Positions 11,527 through 24,894 of a DNA stretch of 64,000 nucleotides are shown one piece after another. This DNA comes from Squalus acanthias. Taxonomy: Eukaryota. The stretch spans positions 139,502,001 through 139,566,000 of the forward strand of contig CM059432.1 of assembly GCA_030390025.1 (NCBI GenBank), in the 5' to 3' direction. The notes beneath the pieces were generated by a model. It was not told where the DNA came from, did no database searches, and saw nothing but the letters and a program-made list of their open reading frames with translations. How positions within the stretch are numbered: the stretch's first letter is position 1; each line of letters starts with the position of its first letter. Position numbers and translations under genes: made by a program.

Positions 11527-11945
11527 AACTTGCGTTTCTATAGCACAGTTCACAACCTCAGGACGTCCAAAAGCGCTTTACAGCCAATGAAGTACTTTTG
11601 AAGTGTAGTCACTGTAGGAAGCGCGGCAGCCAATTTGCGCACAGCAAGCTCCCACAACAGAAATGTGATTATGACCAGATAATCTCTCTTAGTGATGTGG
11701 ATTGAGGGATAAATATTGTCCAGGACACCAGGGATAACTCCCCTGCTCTTCGAAATAGTGGCCATGGGATCGTTTACGTCCACCTGAGAGTAGACGGCCT
11801 CAGTTTAATGTCTCATCCAAAAGACGGCACCTCCGACAGTGCAGCAGTACCTCAGTACTGCACTGGAGTGTCAGCCTGGAGTGGGACTTGAACCCACAAC
11901 CTTCTGACTCAGGCGAGAGTGCTACCCACTGAGCCATGGCTGACA
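11527..11945 (-). mobile_element. Deu-domain tRNA SINE, near full length
   Basis: Colinear with 4231-4685 apart from a small internal deletion. Confidence 0.88.
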
Positions 11946-12712
11946 AGTTTTGGAAATAGCGACATGTTAAATGGAAGATCATTTTGTGTAAAGTGTATGT
12001 GTTTTTTCTTTTTTTTTTAAGTCCCAGGGCACTTAATTGCATATTTTGTTGAGTATGGTATTTTCAAAAAAATGATAGCTTTGCAGTTAGTTGGGTGTGG
12101 GGAGGGAAGAGAAATGAAAAACCTCTCGTAGTAAGTTAAGTTCCACTTGGGTTAAAATCTGTTTTGCTAGCCTTTCACTTAGTATTCATTTACAACTCAT
12201 ATCTGCTGTAACAGGTTGAACTATTATTCTAAATAGTATGAGTTTAGTGCCATTGTGATGTGATATTTACCAATGGAAGTCTAGCTTGCTTTTGCCAGTA
12301 TCTGTCCTTGCATGTTTTTAATTGGTACGTGTGAGAAATGCCATGCTTTGTGCTAGAACTTTTTAGACTGATTATTTAAATGTAGTTGGAACTAAAGGTG
12401 GGATGTTGCACTTTATGATGTCATCCGGTTCTTTTTTTAGAAAAACATGCATCATAACTGTAGGACTTTGTTGTTTGAATATAAATCAGTCCTGTTACTG
12501 CTGGTAGTAAAGTGAATAATGTAGAAGAAGTGGTTGAGGATGATGGGTTGAAGTAATGTTAATATGCAGTGAAGAAAACCATTTTAAAATGAGATGTGAG
12601 AGGTTTGTCATTTTTATGTAAAACTGATGGATACACTGGAGTTGGAAGAAGGTAATGGTTTCTGGTGAGTGCTCTGTGTGGGGATTTGGTTATCAGTAAG
12701 GTCAAGGAGTTA

Positions 12713-12772
12713 ACATTGCTTGTAATTCTACATTGCTTGTAATTCTACATTGCTTGTAATTCTGCATTGCTT
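12713..12772. repeat. 17-bp minisatellite, ~3.5 copies
   Basis: ACATTGCTTGTAATTCT three times exactly, then GCATTGCTT. Confidence 0.95.
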
Positions 12773-13099
12773 AGCAGAATTTGTTGTGCAGGGTTTTCAT
12801 TTTGTCGAAAGTTCCTGTATTAACGGCTGGAAATGAGCACACCTGCCCAGGCTTAAGTTAGAGAACAGGAGGACTGAGACGGGGAGGAATAGAGAGCAAA
12901 GGACAGATGAGAATTTCCAGTCCAAGCAAGAAAAGAATAGTTGCAAAGGTATTGCTTTGCGGGGCCATAAAAATTATGGGAAGTTGAAAGTTCCATGAAG
13001 ACACAACCAAGTGAAGAAGACTGACCACTTTTTTTTCATGGCTTGTTCAGAGGCAACGTAAAATTTCTACAGGCAAGCCAACACTTAAAAAATCGTTGA

Positions 13100-16000
13100 A
13101 TAAAGACTTTATCTAATTAAATAAATAAAATAAGACAAGACTAAGATATGTCAGGGCAGGTTGTGTGTCTGGACTACAGTATGTGGGAGTTTGTGGACAG
13201 CGAGATTGTCCCGAGCGAACACGTCTGCAGGAGATGGCTACATCTCGAATCTCTCCTGCTCAGAATCATTGAGCTGGAGTGCGAGTTGGAGACACTCCGA
13301 CACATAGGGCGGGGGAGGAATTTCTGGACAGTTTAATCCAGAGTGTAGTCACACCCCAGAGGAAAGCAGGTTCAGGAAGGGGTGGGTATGACTGCTAGGG
13401 AGCCAGGTAGCGGGGATTTAGGAGAGGTTGAGAAGGAGGTCCCACAGACACTGGTCCTGTCCAACAGGTACGAAGTACTCTCTACTTATGAGGACAAGGA
13501 GAAAGACTGCAGGGAGGACAGTCACAATGCAGACCAAGGCACCGTGGCTCAGAAGGCTGTTCAAGGGGAGGGAAGAGCAGAATAGAAATGTGATGGGGAA
13601 CTCTATAATTAGGGGGATAGATAGCATCCGCTGCAGCCAAGAATGAGAATCCCGAAGGGTGTGTTGCTAGGGTAAAGGATATCTCCCAGTGGCTGGTGAG
13701 GAACTTGGAAAGGGAGGAGGTATATCCAATTGTCATGGTCCATGTTGGAACAAACGGCATAGGTAGGGACAGGGAGGAGGTCCTGCTGAAAGAGTATCAG
13801 GAGTTAAGCTCTAAATTAAAAGGCAGGACCTTGAGGGTAATAATCTCTGGATTATTGCTCGAGCCACATGCAAATTGGCATAGAAGCAGACAGATCAGGA
13901 GAATTAACACGTGGCTAAAGGGCTGGTGTGGGAAAGGGGTTCATTTTCATGGGAGACTGGCACCAGTTCTGGGACAGGAAGAAGCTGTACCGATGAGACG
14001 GGCTCCACCTGAACTGGGATGGGACCCGTGTCCTAGCGGAAAGGGTAAATAGGGAGTTGGCAAAGGCTTTAAACAAGTAAGATGGGGGGAAGGGATCTGC
14101 AAGAAACGTAACCAGCCTAATTAGAAACCAAACAGGAAAAGAGAGCATAGGAAAGAATAAAGTAAGGGAGGACATTGATGGCAAGGGAATAAATAGTTAT
14201 AGAACAGGAGTCTAAAAATATGGTTAAACATAAAGTGAGAGGAAATCCTGTTAAACTGTGTACAGCAATGCACACAGTGTCCGTAATAAAACAGGGGAGC
14301 TGGAGGCAATCATGCGTTGAGGAACCAGACATAGTAGGGATTACTGAGACATGGCTACAGAAAAATCAGGACTAGGAATTAAATATTGCAGTGTATAACA
14401 TATTTAGAAAAGATAGGGAGGGCAAAAGGGGAGGTGGAGTAGCTGTATTTATTAGGGATAACATAATGGCAGTAGAAAAAAATGACGCAGCTATCCGCAA
14501 GACAAAAATAGAATCCATATGGATAGAGATAAAAGACAATAAAGGATCAATCACACAAATGGGTGTAGTCTACAGACCACCTAATATTGAAAGGGAAGTG
14601 GAGGAAGAAATATGCAGACAAATTAAGGAAATGAGTAAAAAAAACATAGAATAATAATCATGGGATTTCAACTATCCCGATATTAATTGGACAGAGGAGG
14701 TAGGTAAAGGGGATAAGTGAATGGAGTTCCTACAATGTGTACAGGACTCCTTTTTAACCCAATATGTAAAAAGCCCAACCAGGGAGGATTCGCTATTGGA
14801 TCTAGTAATGGGGAATGAACCAGAGCAGATAAGAAGTAAAAGTAGGGGAACCTCTAGGCAATAGTGACCATAATATAATACGCTGTAAGATAATTGAGAA
14901 GGACATAAGTATAACGAAAACCAGGGTAATAGATTGGAGAAAAGCTGATTTTGAGGGGCTGAGAATAGAACTTGGGAAAATAAAATGGGCAACAATATTG
15001 GCAAACAACGATGTAGAACAGCAATGGGAAACATTTAAAACGGTGTTCAGCAGAGTGCAGGAACAATATATTCCGCTAAAAAGAAAGACCAAACTAAACA
15101 CTAATGAGACTCCGTGAATGCATAAAGCCATAAGAGAACAATTGAGGGTAAGGAAAGAGGCATACATTAAGTACATAGACAGCAGGGGAGTGCATGATAA
15201 GGGAGAATACAAAGAGATTAGGAGAGAAGTCAAAAAAAATAATTAGGAAGGCAAAGAGGAACTATAAAATTAAATCATCAACGAACATAAAACAAAATAG
15301 TAAAATATTTTACAGGCACATCAATAAAAAAAGGAAGGTTGGGATGGGAATAGGGCCATTAAGGGATAGACAGGATAATACCACAGGTAACGATAGAGAG
15401 ATGGCAGAAATATTAAATAATTATTTTGCTTCAGTATTTACCAGGAGATAGAAGAGGTGGACATGACATTGGATGATGAGATAAGTGCATTTAAAATAAA
15501 AAGAGGGGATATATTAAATAAACGAATCAAATGCAAAGACGATAAAACCCCTGGTCTGGAGGAATTGCATCCACGCATTTTTAAAGAATCTAGGGAAGAG
15601 ATAGCAGAAGCATTACTACACATTTAATAATTCGTTAGAAAAAGGTGTGATGCCAGAGGACTGGTGGATAGCTAACATAATACCTATATTTAAGAAGGGG
15701 GATAGAACATGTCCAGGGAATTATAGACCAGTCAGCTTAACATCGGTGGTAGGAAAAATAATGGAATCCCTACTAAAAGAGAAAATAGAAGAACATCTAG
15801 AAACCAAAAACATAGTAATGAGTAGTCAGCATGGATTTCAAAAGGGAAAGTCTTGCTTGACCAACCTCAATAAATGTTTTGAAGAGGTAACAGAGAGAGT
15901 AGACAATGGTAATGCAGTAGATGTAATTTATCTAAATTTTCAAAGCCTTTGATAAGGTACTCCATAATAAACTGATGAACAAGGTCAGAGAATGCGGAGT

Positions 16001-17115
16001 CAGGGGGGCAAATAGCAGAATGGATAGCTAGCTGGCTTCAAGACAGAAAGCAGAGAGTAGAGGTAAAGGGTAGCTATTCACAGTGGCAGAAGGTGGGTAG
16101 TGGTGTTCCACAAGGTTCAGTGCTGGGACCACTGTTGTTCACAATTTATATTAACAATTTAGACTTTGGAAATCAAAAACACAATTTCTAAATTTGCAGA
16201 TGACACCAAATTAGGGGGGATAGTCAATACTGAGGAGGACTGCAACAAATTACAGGAGGACATTAATAAACTTGCAGAATGGGCATATAATTGGCAAATG
16301 AAGTTCAACACAGATAAATGTGAGGTATTACATTTTGGTAGGAAGAATAGGGAGGTCACTTATCACTTGGAGGGTGTGAGTCAAGGTGGGGTAGAGGAAC
16401 CAAGGGATCTGAGTACAAATACACAATCACTAAAAGTTGCGACACAGGTTAGCAAGGCCATAAAAAAGCAAACCAAGCACTAAGGTTCATTTCTAGAGGG
16501 ATAGAATTGAAAAGTAAGGAAGTTATGCTAACCCTGTATCGAACCTTGGTTCGACCACACTTAGAGTACTGCGTACAGTTCTGGTCGCCATATTATAAAA
16601 AGGATATAGAGGCACTGGAGAGGGTGCAGAGAAGATTTACAAGGATGATACCAGAAATGCGAGGGTATACATATCAGGAAAGGATGAACAGGCTGGGTCT
16701 CTTGTCTCTTGAAAAAAGAAGGCTGAGGGGTGACCTAATAGAGCTCTTTAAAATTATGTAAGGTTTTGATAAGTGGAAACACTCTGTATCCACTCTGTGG
16801 GGAAGAGCATAACTAGAGGCCATCAATATAAGATAGTCACCAAGAAATCCAATAGGGAATTCAGAAGAAACTTCTTTACCCAGAGAGTGGTGAGAATGTG
16901 GAACTCGCTACCACAGGGAGTGGTTGAAGTGAATAGTATAGATGCATTTAAGGGGAAGCTAGACAAGCATATGAGGGAGAAGGGAATAGAGGGTTATGCA
17001 GATAGATTTAGATGAGGAAAGACGGGAGGAGGCATGAGTGGAGCATAAACACTGGCATGGACTGGTTGGGCCAAATGGCCTGTTTCTATGCTGGATATCC
17101 TATGTAATCCAATGT
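13100..17115 (+). mobile_element. Near full-length, inactivated CR1 LINE (ORF1 zinc-finger/zipper + esterase; ORF2 APE endonuclease + RT)
   Basis: ORF1 remnants from 13148 (VVC..MWE..VC..LRIIELECELETLR; GNSIIRG, VHVGTN, DGLHLN); EN (GITETW, RKDREGKRGGGVA, YRPP); RT (NYRPVSLTS, KFADDTK); many stops and frameshifts. Confidence 0.95.
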
Positions 17116-17529
17116 CATATGTTGGATTCCACATCTATCCTGAGGGTCACCTGCCCCTCCATTTCTAATCTCTGTTGAAAAGAAAAACGTTTATTTACTG
17201 ATCTCCGCTCTGTCCATGTGTTCATACTGTTTGCTCACCACTCTGATATCTAGGATGCACAGAATTTTTAAAAAGATTTTACTTACCAGATCCACTTGTC
17301 TTTGTCCTTTAAATGGAAGCCGCCTTAAAATGACAATCTCGCCCTGTTGTCCCCTTCATCCAGCTTGATTTTGTCTTTTCATTCTTCTAAATGCTTCTGA
17401 CAGAAATATCCTGGAGATTTCGCTCAATTGATGTATGCCTTTATATGTCACTGGAATGTCAACGTCTAGGAGATGTCATCTACTGAGTTTATTTTTCTCA
17501 TCATTAGGCAAAAGGACATTTATGCAGTA

Positions 17530-17778
17530 TTAAAAGGCAAAATACTGCAGATGCTGGAAATCTGATATATAAACCGAAAACGCTGGAAATGCTCAGCAGG
17601 TCAGGCAGCATCTGAGGAGGGACTCTATAATCTCCAGCACCTGCTGCAAGCATAAATCCCCTGCATACCTTTAAATCTGTGGAGAGAGAATATTTCAGAA
17701 TTTAAAAAACATTAACTCTGTTTCTCTCTCCACAGATGCTGCCTGACCTGCTGAGTATTTCCAGCATTTTCTGTTTAT
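17530..17778. mobile_element. Inverted-repeat element, probably a Penelope-like pseudo-LTR remnant
   Basis: 48-nt arms 17567-17614 and 17733-17780 with 3 mismatches; flanking direct repeat ATTTATGCA(G/C)TA. Confidence 0.6.
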
Positions 17779-18149
17779 ATTTATGCACTACAGATGTTTC
17801 AATTACAAAAAAAGTTATGAAATAGATAACATATTCGTTCCCTGAGTCGCACAGCTAAACTGTAGAAATTATATGTGCTTAATATTGGTATTTGGAGATT
17901 TATCTGAGTGCTTCGAGGGCAGGCTCTCTTTTGTGTACACCCCCCACCCCAAAAAAAACCCAACTATAGCAGAATAAGATAGACAAGCCACTGTCCTGGT
18001 AGTTCACTAGTGTACTATTTTGCTACGTTTGAATAGTTCACCCTTCTAAGATTATCTGTGTAATCAATTGTTTACTGTTACATATACAAATGTGAGAAAG
18101 CACGCCTTTGTTTACAATCCCACTGTTAAAATTGTTTTCTATTTTCTAG

Positions 18150-18258
18150 ATGTCTTCCACTGAATGTCAGGAAAGATGACGTGAAAGGAATTCACAAAGA
18201 TCGGATGAAAATAGGTGCTAGCCTGGCAGATGTGGATCCAATGCAAATTGACACTTCT
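18150..18258 (+). CDS. ATAD2: ATAD2 exon 10
   Basis: ttttctag| RCLPLNVRKDDVKGIHKDRMKIGASLADVDPMQIDTS |gtaagt. Confidence 0.96.
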
Positions 18259-18659
18259 GTAAGTTAAGGAAATTTGGGCTTCTTCCTCAGATCTTAATTA
18301 TTTTCACCCTTCATTTCTGCCACTAATAATAAATATGGAGCAGATCAGCCACCAAATGTTGTCAAGTTAAAAGCTCTAGTAATTGAAGGATTTCACCTTG
18401 CTATGATGGGAATAGCTGTTAATCCATTGCTATTTGATGGTCACTTCTTTATTTGCACCAAAGAACCAGTAACTACGAAGGTTTCTTGTCATCTATGGCA
18501 AATTTGCAGTTGTTGTATAACTTGTTTACCGAGGCTTCTTGTAGTTTCCTCCAAGCTCAAACTGTTGACATAGGGGCACGTACTGACTTCTCCCAAGAAA
18601 GTCACAGCCCCACTGCCTCAATTTTGTCTGCTGGCTTTCGGTTTCCGTCTCTGAACTAG

Positions 18660-18953
18660 GGATCACAGTCTCCGAATAAGGGGTCGGCCATTTAGGATTG
18701 AGATGAAGAGAAATTTCTTCACTCAGGGTTGTGAATCTTTGAAATTCTCTACCCCAGAGGGCTCTGGATGCTCAGTCTTTAAGTATATTCAAGGCTGCAA
18801 TAGATAGATTTTTGGAATCTAGGGGAATCAAGGGATATGGGGATCGGGTGGGAAAGTAGAGTTGATGCAGAAGTTCAGCCATGATCTTATTGAATGGCAG
18901 AGCAGGCTCGAGGGGCCATATGGCCTACTCCTGCTCCTATTTCTTATGTTTCT
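18660..18953 (+). mobile_element. CR1 3'-end fragment
   Basis: Same 3' end as the 25155 and 33910 copies, ending CCTACTCCTGCTCCTATTTCTTATGTT. Confidence 0.85.
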
Positions 18954-20475
18954 TAATGTACTTTCTTGGATAGGTGAGATGATGTGCACGGTGGCCCATT
19001 AGAACTTGTGGGCATTTCAAGCAAAGAAGCAAGCCGTTGTGCGGCTGCAGCCTGCATGCATGTTGTTGACTTGAGCCCTGTATTACAGATTCGGATAATT
19101 GGGTCTTACATAGGATATACGGCACAGAAACAGGCCATTCGGCCCAACCAGTCTATGCCTGGAGTTTATGCTCCACGTGAGCCTCCTCCTGTCTCTCCTC
19201 ATCTAAATCTATTAGTATAACCCTCTATTCTCTTCTCCCTCATATGCTTGTCTAGCCTCCCCTTAAATACATCTATACTTTTTGCTTCAACCACTCTTTA
19301 ATCTGGAGGAAAGAGGTGGCTTCATCTTTATTGGTAGGGATGAGTCAGGACTGAAGTTCAATGGTTTGATGATCCCGTAGAATTTTGAAACAATAACTTT
19401 TCATTGTGCTCTTAATTAGGCATCTCAATGAAACTATAAGTGAGTGAATAGGACACTTACTTCTCACTCCACAGGTGAGGTTAGGGCCATGGGCTTTCCT
19501 TAAACTTCTCAGCTACCAAACTAGAACAAGCTCGCCACCTCAGAATCCGGGGAATAGGGCGGGAAGGTGGAGTTGAGGTAGAAGATCAGCCATGATCTTT
19601 ATGAATGGTGGAGCAGGCTTGACCCGCCATATGGCCTACTCCTGCTCCTATTTCTTCAGTTCTTATGAGAGGATAATGGGGATGTTTCCCCTTAATTATT
19701 GGAGTTATTGGCATTTAAAGCAGTTAGGGAAGAATTGCATGAATGGGGCATCAAATGTATTACATTTAAATCCTTTCCACTTTTATATTTAGTTCGCAGA
19801 GGTCAGTTGGAAATTGTGACTATCTATTTTTTGGTCAAAAAGAGTTTAGACTCCTTTTCTTCCACTTTCTCCACTTCCTGACTTTGCCCCCACCTGCAAT
19901 AGGGTCTTTGCAAGAATCCCCCTGGCTGACCTTTTTTAGTTTTCCTTTTCTTCTTCCTTCCCCCCCCCCCCCCCCCCAAAAACACCCGGGTCATTGACAC
20001 TGAGGTTCATTGTAGTCCCTTTTTGCTACCCTGGCTGTGAGCTAACTTGGTATAGAGCAGGATTGAAACCTGAGACCTTCCAGGTTGGCTGTGTACCATA
20101 CTAGATGGTGCATTTTACCCACAGCCATCAGGAACTTGATCCTTTCCTTGGAGCTTGATTCTGGTTGCAGAATGGCTGAACACAGAACTCATTAGGCCTC
20201 AATTGGCATGGCTTGGTATCATTTTCTCCTGGGGAAGGGAGATGTGTTTCTAGTCTTTCTGGCATTGGATGGAGGACTTTGGATATAAAGCAGTAATCTT
20301 CCTCATAGTGGGGAGTTTCTTGAACGTTTATACCAAAGGTTAGAATTTGCCCTTGGTTGGCTAGGTTACAGATTTGTACTACAGGTTCTGTGTTGATTTA
20401 TGCTTTAATGGGGTCCTTGATGGAGTATCTGAAATACAAAACTTTTTTTGATTCGAAGTTTAATTGGTGTTATGA

Positions 20476-20950
20476 AGGTTAAGGGGAGATTTAATAGAGG
20501 CATTCAAAATCATGAAGGGGTTTTGATAGAAGAACGAAAGACTTGCATTTATATAGCACCTTTCACAACCACTAGACGTCCCAAAGCACTTTACAGCCAA
20601 TGAAGTACTTTTTTGAAGTGTAGTCACTGTTGTAATGTAGGAAATAAGGAGAAACTGTTTCCAGTGGCAGAAGGGTCGGGTAACCAGAGGACACATTTAA
20701 GGTAATTGTCAAAAGAGCCAGAGGTGAGATGAGAAATCTTTTTATGCAGCGAGTTATGATCTGGAAGGCACTGCCTGAAAGGGTGGCGGAAGCAGATTCA
20801 AAAGGGAATTGGCTATATAATTGAAGGGAAGAAAATTTGCAGGGCTATGGGGAAAGAGCAGGAGGAGTGGGACTAGTTGGATAGCTCTTTCAAAGAGCCG
20901 GCTCAAGCTAGGGTGGGCTGAATGGCCTCCTGTGGTGTAAGATTCTATGT
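20476..20950 (+). mobile_element. CR1 3' fragment containing a truncated antisense SINE tail (~20540-20645)
   Basis: RLRGDLIEAFKIMKGFDR..TRGH remnants split by SINE 3' sequence. Confidence 0.8.
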
Positions 20951-21517
20951 GGTTAACACGTGGCCCACAGACCAATCGAGTGCCAACTGTTTCAGATGCA
21001 GTTATCAAAGTAATGCACAGTATTTGCTTACTTAATGAAATATCTATTGGCTGTCAATTTCACAAAAAAGCAGATAAAGTACCAGTTTTGTAAAGTGTAG
21101 TGCTGTCTGGAAGCCACGTTTTATCACATGCCCAGAAGGATTACTGTGCACTTGCTTCCGATATGTTTATGGGGATCTGCAGTTTTCAAATCCTATTGCA
21201 TTCTGACAAGTTTGATGGCATGAGCCCCACGGCCAGTAGGATACATTGTTATATTTGGCAGAACCCGCTCAACAGCCATGTCGGATTAACTTTTTATTAA
21301 CTTGGCAGTGCAAAGTGGGCGAAAGAAGACAGGTATACTGTACTCAGAACTGTAAAGCATGAATGGGGGAAGTATAAAGGGTATGTAGATAACGTCAATC
21401 CAGTTTATTCTAGTTTACAGATATTTGGGAGGAAAGCATATGTAGGAAAAATGCATGTAGATAAAATCTTAGTATTACTTGTTAAAAGTGGCATTTGTTT
21501 CTGTTATATATTCTTAG

Positions 21518-21633
21518 GTTCGTTTCAGTAGTGTGGGTGGACTTTCAAACCATATTGCTGCACTGAAGGAGATGGTGGTTTTTCCATTGCTTTACCCTGA
21601 AGTGTTTGAGAGGTTTAAGATTCAGCCTCCAAG
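21518..21633 (+). CDS. ATAD2: ATAD2 exon 11 (start of AAA1)
   Basis: ttcttag| VRFSSVGGLSNHIAALKEMVVFPLLYPEVFERFKIQPP AG|gtacag. Confidence 0.97.
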
Positions 21634-22231
21634 GTACAGGAAGGCCATTTTGATTATCAATTTAAATAATGCTGTTTTATGGGTCCATTGGGGACTGAGG
21701 TGGTTAATTGAAATGTGGGGTCAGTATATTAAAGGAGAACAAAAAATACAAATTGTATATTGGATTTTAAGTTTTAATTAAAGTTTTATGCTTAGCTTGA
21801 GATCTTGCTGCACTTATCTTGCTGTGCTAATCTGTAAACTGCATAACTGTCTGTCTTGTATGTTAAAGTGTAGGAAAGTCCTGTATTTAATGTTGCTATC
21901 TGATCTCCCCATTGGTATTGCTCATGGGTAGTCGGGGGTCTGGAACATAATTATGCTGTTTAGCTACTAACATAGTCTGTCCTTTTAAGTCTATTGCTGT
22001 TAATGGGCAAATCCAGCTGATGTGAAGTGCTGCTGTCATAGAGGGGAAGTTAAATTGCTCACACATTCTGAGCTCCAGCTCAATGCTTGAATTTTTCAAA
22101 AATTATTTTGGTATCTGTAACAGTGTAATGCATGCATGCTAGTTACAAGATGCTTTCTATGCTAAAGCATCTGCTGTGGTGTTGCTCATGGAAAGTCAGG
22201 TGATGATGCTGTGCTATTCAAACAGCATTAT

Positions 22232-22732
22232 AACATCAACTTGCATTTATGTAGCACCTTTAACCTAGTAAAATGTCCCAAAGCACTTCACAGGTGTGTT
22301 ACCAAACAAAATTTGACACCGAGCCACATGAGATATTAGGACAGGTTACCAAAAGCTTTGATCAAAGAGGTAAGTTTTAAGGAGCATCTTAAAGGAGGAG
22401 AGAGGTGTTTAGGGAGGGAATTCCAGAACTTAGTGCCGATACAGCTGAAGGCACAGCTGCCAATAGTGGGGCGAAGGAAATTGGGGATACACAAGAGGAC
22501 AGAATTGGAGGAGTGCGGAGATCTCGGAGAGTTGTAGGGCTGGAGGAGATTACAGAGATGGGGAGGGGCGAGGCTATGGAGTGATCTGAATCCAAGGATG
22601 AGAATTTTAAATTTGAAGTGTTGCCAAACCTGGAGCCAATGTCAGTCAGCGAGCACAGGGGTGATGGGTGAACTGGGCTTAGTGAGTTAAGATATAGGCA
22701 GCAGAGTTTTGGATGAGCTGAAGTTTACGGAG
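22232..22732 (-). mobile_element. L2 LINE 3' fragment
   Basis: Colinear with 1491-1990 and 3297-3905. Confidence 0.88.
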
Positions 22733-23261
22733 TAAGCACGTTGCATTATTCTGCTATTGAGGTGGAGATGAATCCCTTTAAGGCCACAAGGTTTAATTGT
22801 TAAGTAAACAGACTCTGTCCTTCAGAGTTTAATTGTTTGTTTGGAATGCATCCATATCCCGCTTCAGCTCAGACTCGCACAACATTTATAAATGATTTGG
22901 AATCTAACAAAATGAATGTCTGCATGTACAGATGTATATGGATATAGAGAATAACCAATGAAACGCAATCAAACTAAATAATGAAGTTAAAATGTTCAAG
23001 AAAAGCTTTGGGAAATATGTTTATAATTCCCTCTAGTTCTCTTTCAACCATAAGCAAAGCTAGTTTGAGTCGTATGTTGTTTCCTTATTCAACGTCAGCA
23101 ATGATCTGCCGTTAACTTACAGGAGGTGTGCTACCGTGGGTAGGACTGAATCTACCAGAACTGAACTAATTGTCACTTTAAAATGTCTTCCTTTGTAAAC
23201 ATTTCAGCATGCAAAAAAAAAAAGTGTTCTTTTTAAAATTAGTTCATCTTTCAATTTTTAG

Positions 23262-23436
23262 AGGCTGCTTATTCTATGGCCCTCCTGGTACGGGGAAGAC
23301 CCTTGTTGCCAGAGCCCTGGCCAATGAGTGCAGCCAGGGAGAACGGAGGGTGTCCTTCTTCATGCGAAAGGGTGCAGACTGCCTCAGTAAATGGGTAGGA
23401 GAATCTGAACGACAGTTAAGGTTACTTTTTGATCAG
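23262..23436 (+). CDS. ATAD2: ATAD2 exon 12 (Walker A)
   Basis: tttttag| RGCLFYGPPGTGKTLVARALANECSQGERRVSFFMRKGADCLSKWVGESERQLRLLFDQ |gtaact. Confidence 0.98.
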
Positions 23437-23907
23437 GTAACTAGAAAATTTGATTTTTTTTTTTACATTGCGGTGGTGTTTATGCATTTAAATGTTTTTT
23501 AAAATAAAAACCTACAGTTTTTTGAGCTGCTAACTAGCTCATTAAAAAATAAATAGATCTTTTACACGCAGTAATGCGCTACGTGCATTTAGGACAGCAC
23601 TTATCCGGCGAGGCAGGTAGCCTTTAAATCCATTGATGCAAAAAGGGCAAGCTCCTGTCGCACCTCTACAGATTAGATAAGGTCCGAGGCCCAATTTTGT
23701 GCCAGCCTCGGACCTCCTGGTTCGGGCATGCGTTGGCGGCTGTGTCACCTTGAAACCGAGCACCGGTGACTTCCCACCCCATCGTCTTTGCCTATTCACT
23801 CAAAATCCTTCATTTTTAAAAACCTCTATTAAATCTTAACCTTCTCTGTTCCAGTGAAAATAGTCCCAATATCTTCAGCCTCTCCTCATAACTAGTTTCC
23901 TAGTTTG

Positions 23908-24228
23908 TAGTGTCAGCCGTGCCTCTGAGTCAGTAGGTTGTGGGTTCAATTCCCATTCCAGTGCTGCACTGTCGGAGGTACCTTCTTTCGGATGAGACGT
24001 TAAACCGAGGCTCCGTCTGCTCTCTCGGGTGGACGTAAAAGATCCCATGGCACTATTTCGAAGAATAGCAGGGGAGTTCTCCCTGGTGTGCTGGCCAATA
24101 TTTATCCCTCAATCAACATCCCAAAAACACATTATCTGGTCATTATCACCTTGCTGTGAGCAAATTGGCTGCTGTGTTTCCTACATTACAACAGGGACGT
24201 CCTAAGGTCATGAAAGGCAAGTCTTTTT
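23908..24228 (+). mobile_element. Deu-domain SINE with internal deletions, inserted in an old antisense CR1 (~23780-24730)
   Basis: TGTCAGCCGTG..GGGTTCAATTCCC..TTTCGGATGAGACGTTAAACCGAGG..AAAGATCCCATGGCAC. Confidence 0.82.
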
Positions 24229-24894
24229 TTTATCCTTGGCATCATCCTTATAAATCTACACAGTATGCTCTCTGTGGCTTCAATGTCCTTCTATAATGGG
24301 GTGCCTAAAACTACACATCTGTGGCCTAAGCATTAATCATTGCATTTATAAAACCCAAAATGCTATTGGCCTTTTTATTTACCTGCACACTCACTTTCAG
24401 AGAATTATGTATTTTAATCCCTTGGGTCTCTCTGTATCCGCACCTTTCAGCATATAGCCGTTGAATATATACTCCTATTCCCTGGTTTTATCCCCAAAAT
24501 TTATTACAATGCACTTTTCCGCATAAAATTGCATCTGTCACCTGTTTGCTCATTCCGCTAAACTGTATGCATCCTCTAGCTGTTTGTGCCAAACCCCCTA
24601 TTTTTCTGTCACCAGCAAATTGTTATATTGTATTCTCAGTGCCCAAGTTCAAATCATCTATATGTACCTCTCGGACAAAAGTGGATCCAGAACTGGACCC
24701 TGGGGTATACCGCTTCCAACTGTTCTCCAATCCAAGCATTTTCATTTTTCTTCTATTGTAATTGATTTCAAACAGTTTATTTTGTGTTGCCTATAAAATG
24801 TCTCATTGTAAAGACAGCTGAGATGGTACTTAATCTAACTGGGTTTAAATTATTTTGAGAAGAAAGTTTGATGCAAATAACTTTTTTTTTAAAG

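Noticed and set aside
12713..12772. CRISPR-like repeat array
   Set aside because: Head-to-tail repeats without spacers, in a vertebrate intron.
13100..17115. Active or domesticated reverse transcriptase gene
   Set aside because: Multiple stops and frameshifts in both ORFs; the same holds for the CR1 copies at 26259, 38193 and 42700.
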